Translations under genes and position numbers: made by a program | Part shown: positions 38,901-48,400 of the stretch, piece after piece | Numbering within the stretch: position 1 is the stretch's first letter | Layout: every line of letters begins with the position of its first letter | Notes under the pieces: generated by a model | What the model saw: the letters and a program-made list of their open reading frames with translations, nothing else | Databases searched by the model: none | What the model was told of the DNA's origin: nothing | Assembly (NCBI GenBank): GCA_002633005.1 | Contig: NMRA01000668.1 | Location: 1-64,000 of the forward strand | DNA: 64,000 nt | From: Phoronis australis | Taxonomy: Eukaryota > Animalia > Phoronida | Direction: 5' to 3'

Positions 38901-40848
38901 TAATGCTACAGTCCAGTGCTGTCTGAAGTCAGTTTCTTGAGAATTTCAATAAATGGAGACTGATCACGTCACAGGTGACTGGTAGCTTGTGCCCTTTGTT
39001 GAACTAGGGGAAAATGACTTTGTGCAGAATACCCGGAGTATGCCCAATGGACTTTCTTTGACTTTTTTGTTTACGCAGTCATAACTTCCACATTACCGCT
39101 CTTCGTAAAATAAAGATTTATTCTTGAATAGTTAGCCAAGTGGTTGCAAGACATTCTCCATAGTGTGTTATAGTGGTCTTGCAACTGTGACACTGCATTT
39201 TTCATACTCTTCACTCAGAACTGAATCTTGTAAAGGCTCTGAATAAAGTATGGTTCTGTCACGCTGAAAATTTTGATGCACATGGCTGGGCTTTTCAAAA
39301 TTCATGGGGGTAATAAAACAACTGTCTTCTCAGCCAGGACCATAAAACTTTGGTTAAACATACACAGGCCCATTGGGTAGTTATATGACTAAAACCAGGG
39401 TTAACAAATAACTGCTTTCACTGACCTTGTAATAAACACAGTCAATTTCCAAAGGCCTTAACTGTGTGAACAATACCAATGATTTACATGGGTATGCACA
39501 ATTTAAAGCCACAATGGGGAGTAGTTACCCTGCCACGCCCAAAATGGTAGGGTTTGAAACTAAGTTTGAACAGAATAAACATTGAGGGCAGTTGTTAAGA
39601 TCTAATCTTGGCCATTTCATCAAGATATTACAAGGGGCTCTGACACTGAGAACAGGTTTGGCTTGACAAGGCTGTAAAACACTACTCATGCATTAAGGAG
39701 CTGCTTCCATTGCGGTGTTTACTCTTAATGATGTTTGAAAACGCTCTAAATGTTTTTTTTACGACTGAGTACTCTGTGCTATACTTTGTGTTAAACTTTT
39801 AGTTTCTGATGCTTTGCATGTGGGTTTCGGGTTCTTAAGCGTTAGCAATGCACAGGTCTGTGTTCCGTAGACTCACGAAACTCTGTCTTATAAAATCAAG
39901 GAGCTTACAAGTGAACACTTGAAGTGATTGGTCGGTGAGGTTGGAATGTTGCATTATGGGATAGAATTCACAGTTTCTGTTTCAACAAGCAGACATTTCT
40001 GACTGCGATTGCTTTTTGAGTACATGATTTTACGGAGCATCCCCAGTTTATAGGTGCATGGTAGATTCTAGCTTGGTGCCATATGAATTTATACCAAGCA
40101 GAGGTGATGGTTTGAAAGATTTGCATGCTACTGTACACTTATGGTAGTTTTAAAAATGAATTGTACAAAACTTCGATAGAAAAATGGTGAACTTCTTGCT
40201 AGGAATTGGTGAGGTTTTACTAATAGATATTTGTCAGTTTCTCCGAGTGAATTTGCTCCCTTGTCCACTAGGGGGGCAGTTGGTTGTGCTCTGATTCCAG
40301 GTGGTCTGTTGTTAGTAAATGGTCTTTCATTCCTAAAACATTTTCTTTGTGTATGATATGATGGTACGTACTGTAAAATCACACGGACGTATCAAATTTT
40401 ATTACTTCAATATGGTAAACAGTGCCAAATAACACTCATCATTTAAAATTACTGTGCCATAGCTGCCTCCAGAAAATGAATGTTTTTGGAAGTTTTTGAG
40501 GAATTAAAAAAATACTTTGATGTGAAATTGGTCAGATATTATTGTATGTTAAAACTGAGATTTGTAAAAGTGTGCCTTTATCAGCCAAAACAGTTCTGAT
40601 CATATTCTTTGCTGATTGTTTTAGTTTCTTGTACAGTGTTTTGTGTTTGTATTGTTGCAGCTCCGCCCCCACCACCACCTCCCACTGCAGGTCCTCCACC
40701 TCCCCCCGCTCCGGGGAGTGCTACAGAGTCTAGTCGGCCCTCAAGCTCGTCAGCTGAGCGTGGGGCACTGCTGAGCTCAATCACAGGTTTCAGCAAAAAT
40801 GCCCTGAAGAAGGCAGAGACTGTTGACAAAAGTGCACCGAGAATTTGA
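17830..40848 (+). CDS. PXK: PX domain-containing protein kinase-like protein (PXK/MONaKA, Slob family); whole spliced gene, 14 coding exons, 1698 nt, 565 aa
   Basis: Hand-joined exons 17830-17931, 19768-19962, 21371-21467, 21808-21959, 22097-22171, 23065-23169, 23424-23568, 27298-27422, 29168-29285, 30413-30491, 32012-32138, 33195-33278, 33569-33674, 40661-40848. All are GT-AG and phase-consistent. Motifs: KVLLDDTVPL, PX (KRYSDF, LPPKK), pseudokinase (GHL..NI, DIEN), WH2 (RGALLSSI..F.K..LKK). Confidence 0.95.
19768..19962 (+). CDS. PXK: PXK exon 2, PX domain core (EYTIRVQRG...KRYSDF...LPPKKVFGNFDREFVAERKQALQ)
   Basis: ttctag acceptor, gtaac donor; PX-domain motifs. Confidence 0.95.
21371..21467 (+). 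CDS. PXK: PXK exon 3 (AFINGILNNLMLASSIYTKRFLD...)
   Basis: ttttag/gtatc boundaries; last PX helix with KRFLD. Confidence 0.9.
21808..21959 (+). CDS. PXK: PXK exon 4 (IALQQVSMFFRSETQWEVIESLPDIGWRLRKSYFLV...VLSW)
   Basis: ttttcag/gtaggt boundaries; conserved DIGWRLRK motif. Confidence 0.95.
22097..22171 (+). CDS. PXK: PXK exon 5 (SDFGPDKFIPDKDLSAIMKLIPSFQ)
   Basis: caacag/gtaagt boundaries; GPDK motif. Confidence 0.92.
23065..23169 (+). CDS. PXK: PXK exon 6 (HDHLYP...GSLRDYINK)
   Basis: tgtag/gtgagt boundaries; kinase subdomain V-like GSLRD. Confidence 0.9.
23424..23568 (+). CDS. PXK: PXK exon 7 (AKPRNYYLKKYG...QVLETLKYLHEKGIPY)
   Basis: gttag/gtacgt boundaries; kinase subdomain VIa. Confidence 0.9.
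23801..24332 (-). mobile_element. Haplotype-specific insertion, possibly an LTR-like sequence
   Basis: Absent from the duplicate copy, which diverges after ttactaacgt. Minus-strand TATA-like (about 24220) and AATAAA (about 23852) motifs; gtaaca near the end; no TSD found. Confidence 0.35.
24334..25110 (+). repeat. Second near-identical copy of PXK exons 6 (24366-24470) and 7 (24733-24877) with introns; probable uncollapsed haplotype
   Basis: Starts right after the N at 24333 and repeats about 23033-23800 with scattered SNPs (exon 7 G>S and A>V plus synonymous changes). Including both pairs would add 250 nt and frameshift. Confidence 0.85.
24906..26571 (+). mobile_element. Decayed Helentron-associated element (HINE/DINE-1-like) with internal tandem repeats
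   Basis: 5' atgcgtccaca..tgtggctgcat hairpin; 3' tgtgggtgcat plus caacgc..gcattg stem and ctcttgt; internal units of about 130-160 bp. Confidence 0.7.
27134..27268 (+). repeat. 16-bp minisatellite (gacatcttgggttcaY) x about 8
   Basis: Directly visible tandem array ending about 30 nt before the PXK exon 8 acceptor. Confidence 0.95.
27298..27422 (+). CDS. PXK: PXK exon 8 (GHLSAANIMLEGRVVKLMDIENTLLGLPPFYR...)
   Basis: ttgcag acceptor; degenerate catalytic loop (GHL for HRD) and DIE for DFG, as in the PXK pseudokinase. Confidence 0.93.
27610..28870. mobile_element. AT-rich MITE interrupted by the HINE; related inverted copies at about 37800-37975 and 38480-38665
   Basis: Arms aaaactagtaaaactaaaatg / cattttagttttactagtttt flank the HINE. 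Confidence 0.6.
27726..28813 (+). mobile_element. Complete Helentron-associated element (HINE/DINE-1-like)
   Basis: T-run then subTIR atgcgcccaca with inverted partner tgtggacgcat; (GTCC)n microsatellite; about 150-bp tandem units; 3' subTIR tgtgggcgcat plus caacgc-tcc-gcgttg stem-loop. Confidence 0.85.
28961..29064 (+). mobile_element. tRNA-derived SINE-like repeat
   Basis: ggtaagagca, ctaga-ccggcaa-tctag arm, B box ggttcgattccc, T-run; same family as 49251-49695. Confidence 0.7.
29168..29285 (+). CDS. PXK: PXK exon 9 (TTEAIDVYAFGHLLYEMAFG...)
   Basis: ttccag/gtaagt boundaries; kinase subdomain IX DVYAFG. Confidence 0.94.
29500..30083 (+). mobile_element. 5'-truncated CR1/L2-group LINE, ORF2 C-terminus and start of the 3' UTR
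   Basis: ITKKLSKKIGVLKRL...YHSIIQPHIDYCLPVWG...IQNRAARAI...GLAPAYL...YSTR...WNS...FK, with one internal stop; absent from the duplicate haplotype copy. Confidence 0.88.
30085..30395 (+). repeat. Partial second copy of PXK exon 9 (30085-30172) and following intron; probable uncollapsed haplotype
   Basis: Begins right after the N at 30084; near-identical to about 29198-29500; lacks the exon 5' end and acceptor. Confidence 0.85.
30413..30491 (+). CDS. PXK: PXK exon 10 (SVLESILTLEACKNGLPSVTDLLTHP)
   Basis: ttacag/gtaagt boundaries; conserved EACKNG motif. Confidence 0.93.
31009..31060 (+). CDS. Candidate alternative PXK exon (FFKYFTQTVHVVDHILY)
   Basis: Strong acceptor ttccttttattttttccgcag, gtatgt donor; phase 2 start completes HP-FF after exon 10. 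Confidence 0.35.
32012..32138 (+). CDS. PXK: PXK exon 11 (LFSEVILPPSTKPVVKIPSKLKDVIRLAKDATERRLNEEQKI)
   Basis: ttttag/gtacgt boundaries; resembles the post-kinase helical region of PXK. Confidence 0.92.
32452..32990 (+). mobile_element. Partial, decayed HINE-family copy
   Basis: atgcgtcca start; aaatttggca and gccccctagt units like 27726-28813. Confidence 0.6.
33195..33278 (+). CDS. PXK: PXK exon 12 (INKIRRRSKAQSYHMSEEEKKKRRKSKK)
   Basis: ttttag/gtacgc boundaries; conserved basic segment. Confidence 0.92.
33569..33674 (+). CDS. PXK: PXK exon 13, Ser/Thr/Pro-rich linker
   Basis: ttgtag (NAGNAG tagAAG) acceptor, gtaagt donor; phase 0 to 1 fits both neighbours. Confidence 0.85.
35000..35385. 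repeat. (CA)n / (CACG)n compound microsatellite
   Basis: Directly visible. Confidence 0.95.
38279..38418. mobile_element. End of a GC-rich palindromic MITE, haplotype-specific
   Basis: Repeated ccgacc/ggtcgg words; ends ...gtgtgctg|tacatctgg where the other copy reads caaa|tacatctgg. Confidence 0.6.
38419..38969 (+). repeat. Near-identical duplicate of 37738-38277; probable uncollapsed haplotype
   Basis: Direct repeat across the N at 38278 with scattered SNPs and indels. Confidence 0.85.
40661..40848 (+). CDS. PXK: PXK terminal exon, polyproline plus WH2 actin-binding motif
   Basis: ttgcag acceptor; PPPPPPP...RGALLSSITGFSKNALKKAETVDKSAPRI*. Confidence 0.95.
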
Positions 40849-43800
40849 AGTAAAGTGGAAGAACAATTGGTGTGCAAAAAAAAACTTCATCATATCCTGT
40901 TTTTCACATAGAACATTACCTAGTCTTTCTAAAGTCGGATTCGAATTACGACTTTACAGAATTTTTTTACAATTGCATTGAAGGCCTTTGTACACTGACC
41001 TTCAAGGTGTTTCGAATCATAAATCATTATTTGGAAACAAAAAAATGAATACAGTTAGCTCTTACCAATATCGCACCTTTATTTTAAGCTGGAGTGTCAT
41101 TAAAATTCTATTTCGGAGCGTGAGTTATTGGGGCGGCATTAAAACTAAATGGTCTTGTAAAATATTCTGTGGCCAGCCGCATGAGTTGTAGTGTGGTGAA
41201 CACTGCCCAATGCTTCCATGTGAAATGTGACCACAAAGTGGTGTGTGCCATCCTTGACCTGGCTACTCCTTTGCGAGCAAGGGTTAAATTTGGGGTCACT
41301 GGGCATTGACTTGTATGAGCTTTGCATCATTTCTGTCAATGAAAAAAAAAGGTGGTAAGCAGAGGGTGTTTCTTGGTCGATTCAGCAACTTGGGGTAATG
41401 TTAATAGTTGCTCGCCTATTAAAATCCACAGGAGTCTTATGGTTAATGTTGGTGGAAAAAGATGGCCATATCTGGAACTGTGTTAGGCTGCAAATGAATC
41501 AGAATGGTTCATTGCCTATGAGTTTTCCTCTCCCAGTTTTCTGTGCTGTAAATATAAAAGCGCAAGGTTTATCAGCTTATCCACAGTTTAAGTAGAACGA
41601 GATTCCTTTACAGGGTTAAATTATATGCATAGGAGTCTTCTTGTAAGTAAACTGCAAGTGTCTTAACCTGTCCTCAAATCTTCGATATTATCTTCCAACT
41701 GAGCTGTCAGATGGTTATGAGTCATATAAAACTTTATTTTTGTTATTGAAGAAGTGGTTGTGCTCAGTTTCCAAGGATGGGGTTAGTATAAAGCGTTGTT
41801 TTGTCAGCTAGTCTGAAGATAAATTTATGGCTTAGCTAAGTGTTCTCCCCTCTTGAATGCAGCACTCTGTTTTTAGTTAAACAAAAATAAGACTTAACTA
41901 TGTCCGCCTTATGCGAGTTTTAAAGTTTTGCTGTGTGTTCATTTGCAGAGAACCGAAATGTGTAATATTATATTGTTTTTGGTATTGTATATTTGTTGAG
42001 GAAGGTTTGTGAATCGGAACATTTGACTGACAGAACTGCATAATTATGAACTTGATAAGATTTTCATTTTTGACTTGCTGTAAATGTGCCAAATGAATGT
42101 ATTTTAAATGATTGATGTGTTATTTATATTAATTGAAAGGGATCCAAACTGGTGTTCTGTTGTTTTTGTTGGGTGAAGTGTCTGAGTTGACTCAATACTT
42201 TTCGGATCATTGTGCTTGTATGCTCAGTGAATTACTTGCCATGCTGTTTCCATGTTCTGGGGCAAAAGTGAAAATGATGAGAGACATAAAACCATGTCCA
42301 TGCTTCCTTATATTACACACAAGCTAGATCCTAGAACAATCACAGTTCACTAAGTGTTAAGCAATACCATCCGGTGGGACAAAACTTATTTGAAGCTGGT
42401 GGAAATGGCAGGTGCTGATTACCGATTTACATTCATAAAATTTAAAATGGTTGGTTTGTGAAGCAGACGTCAAATTAGTGTTTGCTTTGTTGATAATTGG
42501 GAAGAGAAAAGGTCGAACAGGTTAGTGGAGGTGGAAGGGGTGCTAAGTGAGGTCGAGTCATATTCAGTAAAAAACTGAGGTCTCCTTCTTTGACTTACGA
42601 AACTCATTTCCAGAAAATCTGAGCCCATGTGACTTTGATGATACAAGTGTGGGACAGAGGGAAATTGTCATGATATTGTGACACCTCATCTACTGGTTTC
42701 ATATTTTTGCCCGAGTATAAAATTATACTGTCTGAGAATTACCCAAGAGACTGGAGGGAGTTCTCAAAGCCTGACTGTGCACTATTTCACCCTTGGATGT
42801 TTTTGTGCTCACTCATCATTGGACATAGTTTACTCCATGTGAAACCTTAATTGAATATTTGTTTTTGTTTATTTATGCTATGATAAAAGAATATTGTATT
42901 TGGTGCATGTCGAGTTCTGGATTACTTTCACGCATTTATGAAACTGAAGACGCAGATTTTTGAGAGATCTTCCGATATAAAGCCACCTGTAACACCATCT
43001 TTGAATATCATTGTAGGTCATATTTGGAGTGTAACCCTTCGTTTTGGTTTTTAATGGGGTGAGTCAGTTTTCCTAATAACATGAGCACACCTTGGCCCAA
43101 ATGGAGTTGATTGGCTCAACTGGAAGATTTGTTTGTTGAAATTTTGGTTTAACCTAAAAGTAATAGGGCATGGTACTTTCATGTTCTTGTTTCCTCGGAG
43201 TGTGCAGCCCACACAATCTTACTCACAAGATTAGTTTCAAATTGCAATTAGTACTGGCTTTGAGTTCCAACAAAATATTTGCAGTATAAATTCATACCAG
43301 GTAACATATGGTTTTCAGTGACCATGAATTGGCAAGTCAACAGAACCTGCATTGTATTGACATCCATCTGCACTGACTGCTATTTTATTAATTCCAGTTG
43401 AACTCCTTAGTCCTAAGGTTTGGGCACATTTAATTAGGATTCATATTTGTGGTGGACATGGGCAGAGACTGGTGTGCACATGGTGCATGCAAGACACTGC
43501 GATTCCTGATGCAGCAAAGATCACAAATTTTTATCGAACTGGTCAGAAATGAGTCGGCAACCGGTCCGAAACAGAATAGTTGACTTGTCTGCAAATTTTC
43601 AGCAGCACACACAGCCAACATCAATACAATATTTCCATTAAAATTTACTACCGGGTATTCCAGTTCAATTTCACATTAATTAAAATGAAACGTTGTGTCA
43701 TTGCACCCTCAAGGATGCTTGGCATGTAAAGATGGTTATCTCCTTGTCCCAGATTTTTGACACAAGTGACCACCCCTCAAGGGACTGATCTAGCAACTCT

Positions 43801-44089
43801 TAGCAGACTTCTTGCCATCAGGTGAAGCAAAGGTTCACTACTTGTGACATACATACATGAGCTCTAACCTAAAAAATACTGAAGGGAAATTGTGAAATAC
43901 CAACAAACTGGAAATTTTGGACAATTTTTTTCATTGGAGAAGGAAGGACATGCATAGCTTTGTCAGTCCTGACTTTCCATTGCACTTTTAATTTTTCAGT
44001 GATTCTATTTTGTAGCAAATAAGACTTTAGAATAACGTTTGATCTATGTCACGACCTGATGTAGTTCAATGTTACCAACAAACAAAATT

Positions 44090-44110
44090 AATAAATAAAT
44101 ACTATTTATT
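44090..44110. terminator. Opposed polyadenylation signals (candidate 3' ends of PXK and SLC2A13)
   Basis: AATAAA on + at 44090 and 44094; TTTATT (AATAAA on -) at 44105-44110; lies between the two convergent stop codons. Confidence 0.5.
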
Positions 44111-44867
44111 ATTGACACAGACGCATCTCAAAATCCAAACAAAAACAAACGGACTTTTTCTGCGATACATCCCCTGTTAAGCTTTATTAGTCACCACCTG
44201 GTAAAAATTAAGATGTAAGGGGTTATAAACAATACAGGCTTCTATTCCAGTTTCAACAACACTGAGAATTTAAAAATTACAATAGGTCCATCCTGCATTG
44301 CACTCTCCTTTTGCAAAGGAAGAAAATTACATTTTGCATGATTACACATGTTAGGCACTTCTGAGACGGTTAACACCCAGCAATGATATTTATCCTTTTT
44401 ACCAAGTTTTTGCTACCGAAAATGCAATAATGCACAGACAGCTTGTATTACAATCGTGAATTACATTACAGGATATGAGATTGTTACTAGACATTTTTGT
44501 ATGTGAACAACCACCATGGGTGTGTTGAATTGTGGGTAAATACTTCGGACTGAGTGGCACAGAGCTATTTCATGTTGATTTCATACAAACAAGAACTGGA
44601 ATGTAAATATCTTGCATCAATAGGACTGCGTTCATTTCTTGCATAGTTTAAGAACATGATTGCGTACGTACCCAATTGACTTTTAAATGTTAGTTTCAAT
44701 GCCATACACAACACAACTAAAATCTCGGACATCCTGCTAATCTCACTCTACCTCGTAATAGCCCTGTTTGATACTAGCTCTCCACATCCTTATACATATT
44801 GCAACAAGAATCACTACTGTAATGATCTTACACCCACTACCAGAGGTCTGTTTCATGAAAAGGAACT

Positions 44868-44976
44868 TAACCATAAACGTTCGGGTTAACGCCCTGGGCG
44901 GTTAAATTGGCAAACCCAAAAAATCGGGGGTGGGCGGTTAACTGAGCATGGGCATTACCCCGAACGTTGTACGGTA
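44868..44976. mobile_element. Hairpin MITE in the probable SLC2A13 3' UTR
   Basis: aacgttcgggttaacgccc ... gggcattaccccgaacgtt inverted arms; tacggta end. Confidence 0.65.
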
Positions 44977-45349
44977 AGTCTTGACACACAAATTTGGTCT
45001 CCGGGTCCCATTTATTGGTGAACAAAGCTATAGCCAAGTATTTATTGAACGTTTCACAATCTAGAGATAATTTATCGAAAGTATCTACTGTACTAGCAGT
45101 TATGTGTATATTCGTAGAGACTGCACTTTTGCACAAGTGAGAATTATTTTTCAAAAATGTGTGGAGCATTAAAACAAAATTTCTGCCTAAGTCTTCATCA
45201 CTTCATAAAACGCCTCAGAGCTATGGATGGAAGAATATCATTTAATAAACACTGCTTCGTGTATCTGAGACGTTCTAGACATAATTGCCAATAAATTAAG
45301 GTCTAGCTCTATATTAAATCCAATGAAATGAGACTTCCGGTCAAAGCGT

Positions 45350-45477
45350 TTAACAGCACCAGGGTTTCATGAAGAGAGTTTGTACTTCTTCAAGAGTTTT
45401 GCCTTTTGTTTCTGGCAAAATCCACGTGAAGATGATCAGTCCTAGCAATGCCAAGCCAGTGTAGAGATAGAAGGCAC
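45350..45477 (-). CDS. SLC2A13: SLC2A13 terminal exon (GAFYLY...[21 protein letters not shown])
   Basis: ttctag acceptor; PETKG motif; TAA stop. Confidence 0.93.
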
Positions 45478-48400
45478 CTAGAAAAGTAATTCCAAATAGT
45501 TGGAAATCATTACTCAGTACTACTACAGACCAGTGGAAATAAATCCAGATATAATGAATAGATGCATTGCTGCTCATATAAAATCCAGGCCAGTGTAAAT
45601 GCAAACGCAAGACAATTACACTAAGTGATGTATAAAGTTACCCCAAAACTCAAACTTTGTCCTTGTACACCACTTCTTCCATTGACACAGTCACCCACTG
45701 TGGCACCTTCCATAACACAGAGCTAAAATACCCGCACAAGAAATCGCACTTGAGAAATCAAAATATGAACTCAAGTTGGCAGCAGGCCTCTTCCAATACC
45801 TCCAGAAGTTCCCCAGGGGCTACAGACCCTTCAAAATCAATTCTGTATGAAATTTGAAGAGTTCCATTGCCACACAAGAAATTCACCCAATTTGAGTGGA
45901 GTCTGAAAATAACTAGAAGACAGTGCACAATGCAGTTTGTAAAGAGACAGTAAAAAGTGTGTCCTGCAGCCTGTGTCACTGTAGGATATAGGCTTTGCTG
46001 AAAATGATAGAAGTACGGAGTACCCCTGATATGCTGTTGGGAGTTGTTCTTATGAAACTTGGCAAATTTCTTACTTTGCGATAAAACCCCGGGCTTCATT
46101 TTACTAAAGGCAACAGCCACCTCCTATATATGATTCCATTGACGAAGCCTACCCATGGATTGGCCTTGATCAGCACATGAATACGTACCGTATCGTGTCA
46201 GAGCCTCTGTCAACGTGAGAAATGTCATAGAGATGAGGAGGTTGAACAGCCAATTAGAGCATGTTGCCATGGCAGCACCAGTACTACGAGCCCACAGGGG
46301 GTAGATCTCTGAGTTGATTGTCCATGGCATAGGGCCAACACCTGAACGTTTTAAACAGTTGATGGTTATACTCACCACATAGTAATTCACACAATATATC
46401 ATAATGATTGACAACATTAAAAGTCATTCAGTGTCTTCTATTATATTCAGTGTCTTCTATTAACTGCTGGATTATGACAAGGTCCTTCCCCTACACTGTG
46501 GTGGGGGGCACTACCTTCACTGATAAAAAGGATGCCGTCGGTCCCTGTAAGGTACTAGTTTGTACCAAAAACCTTGCACTAAAGCTGGGTTGGGCAAGTA
46601 AGCTTCAGGAACTTAAAATAAGTGGTCCGCTACCTTGGAAATATTATGCTACATATTCCTTTTTCAGGTGGCATGTTTACCAGACCTAAGATTGTACATG
46701 GATGTGCACAATCTCTCCAGACTTAAGATTGTTCTCGATATTCATTTTTCGGCAATAGTCGGATATAACGTTACCATATTTTAAGAACCAGTTTGAGGCC
46801 CATTATTCAGTGAAGAAAACTGATTCTCTATACTCGGGCATGTTATACCCGACCATTACCCATTTTTTCACTTATTATAAAGGCTTGTACCTGGAGCGAA
46901 GAAAGCTAAATAGATCATCAGGCCTGCAATTGCCATCCATGAGTATGGTGTTGGACAGTAGTCGTAGGCCCAGGCAATGTCCTGTGGTAGATCAGTGCTG
47001 TTGCACATGCCTGAGAGTGATGAATAGGGATCAGATGGTCTGGTTGGGAGACACAAGAGGTCGCTGATGTTGCCGCCACCAAAGTCGGTGTAACAAAAGC
47101 CACAGTCAACCAAGCTGATACATTGGTCACATGACCTGAGGATATAACCATGACATGTTACATCTTGATGACAAAAAGTTATTTATTGTCACGAATTAAG
47201 AATTAAACCCATTGGGAAAGTGTTTTAAGCATTTTTGCTGCATTGTTTCAAGCATGAAATTTTCAATCAACAAAATAAAACAAAAAGTTAAATCTAAATT
47301 GAATAGTGCCAACACAGAACAACAGACCGTCCATGTCTATCAAGTGCATTAAATTTACACAAACAATCCACTACTCTAATTTTTACATTTTCTTGACTTG
47401 TGACGAGGAAAGATGTCCATTTTTTCAAATTAGTCAGATGGTAATGAAACTCACGTGGTGTTTCCGCAATCCGATGACATACCACCCAGAGGTGGCGTCA
47501 AGTGAGGAGAGTTGAATGCTGACAGATGGAAGCCGATTCCAAGAAACCCAAGGCCTAACACTGTGCCAGCCAAACTACCAAGGAATAGGGGGCGCCGGCC
47601 AATCTTTTCAACCAGGGCTAGACCAACAAATGTAAACAAGAAGTTGACAGATGATGTCACTGCTGCTAGCCAGATGGCACTGCTCTTATCACGAATTCCT
47701 GACATGGTAATGATAGTGGCACTGTAGTACCTGCAAACAGATAAAAGCATGAATTGAGACATCCAGTTGAGATATCAAAATACAGGAAAAATTAAGTCAA
47801 ATACTGGAATTTGCTTGCTTGAGTTAGAGATGTTGTGCCTGTCTCTCATCGACTTGATGACGTGGCTACTCCGTGCACTCTTGAAGAGCTTCTTTGACAC
47901 CCCTTCTGAACCAATCCTCCTCACGGTATAGGATACTGACACCATCAATTATATCAAAATCATGTCCCGTGGCACATTAGTGGTTAAAAATAGCTACGAC
48001 ATTTGTCCCCCGTAACACGGGCGACGAAGTTGTGACATAGGCATTTTTAAGAACTAGTTTCTTCTAAATAGCTGTCTTGAGCACTGGGACTTTGTGCACT
48101 GAACACCAGAAAGATAGTAACACTACTAGCCAAGCTGAAGTACATGAGACACAGAAGCAACGTTGTTAACTCAAGAAAGCAAATTCCAGGATTTGACTTG
48201 ATGTATTTTTTTCTGTATTTTGCAAATAGATAAAATGTAAAACACTTGACACTCAATTCAAGAAAAAAACATAAAAATCTCATTTTCCAAATGAGTTCAA
48301 TTGACAATTCATGACAGCTGGGGTCAAGGATTCAGTGCAAACCGTGAGAGAAAGTGAAATCATCAAAATTTGATAATTGTTCTTTTCTTTGATAACAACA

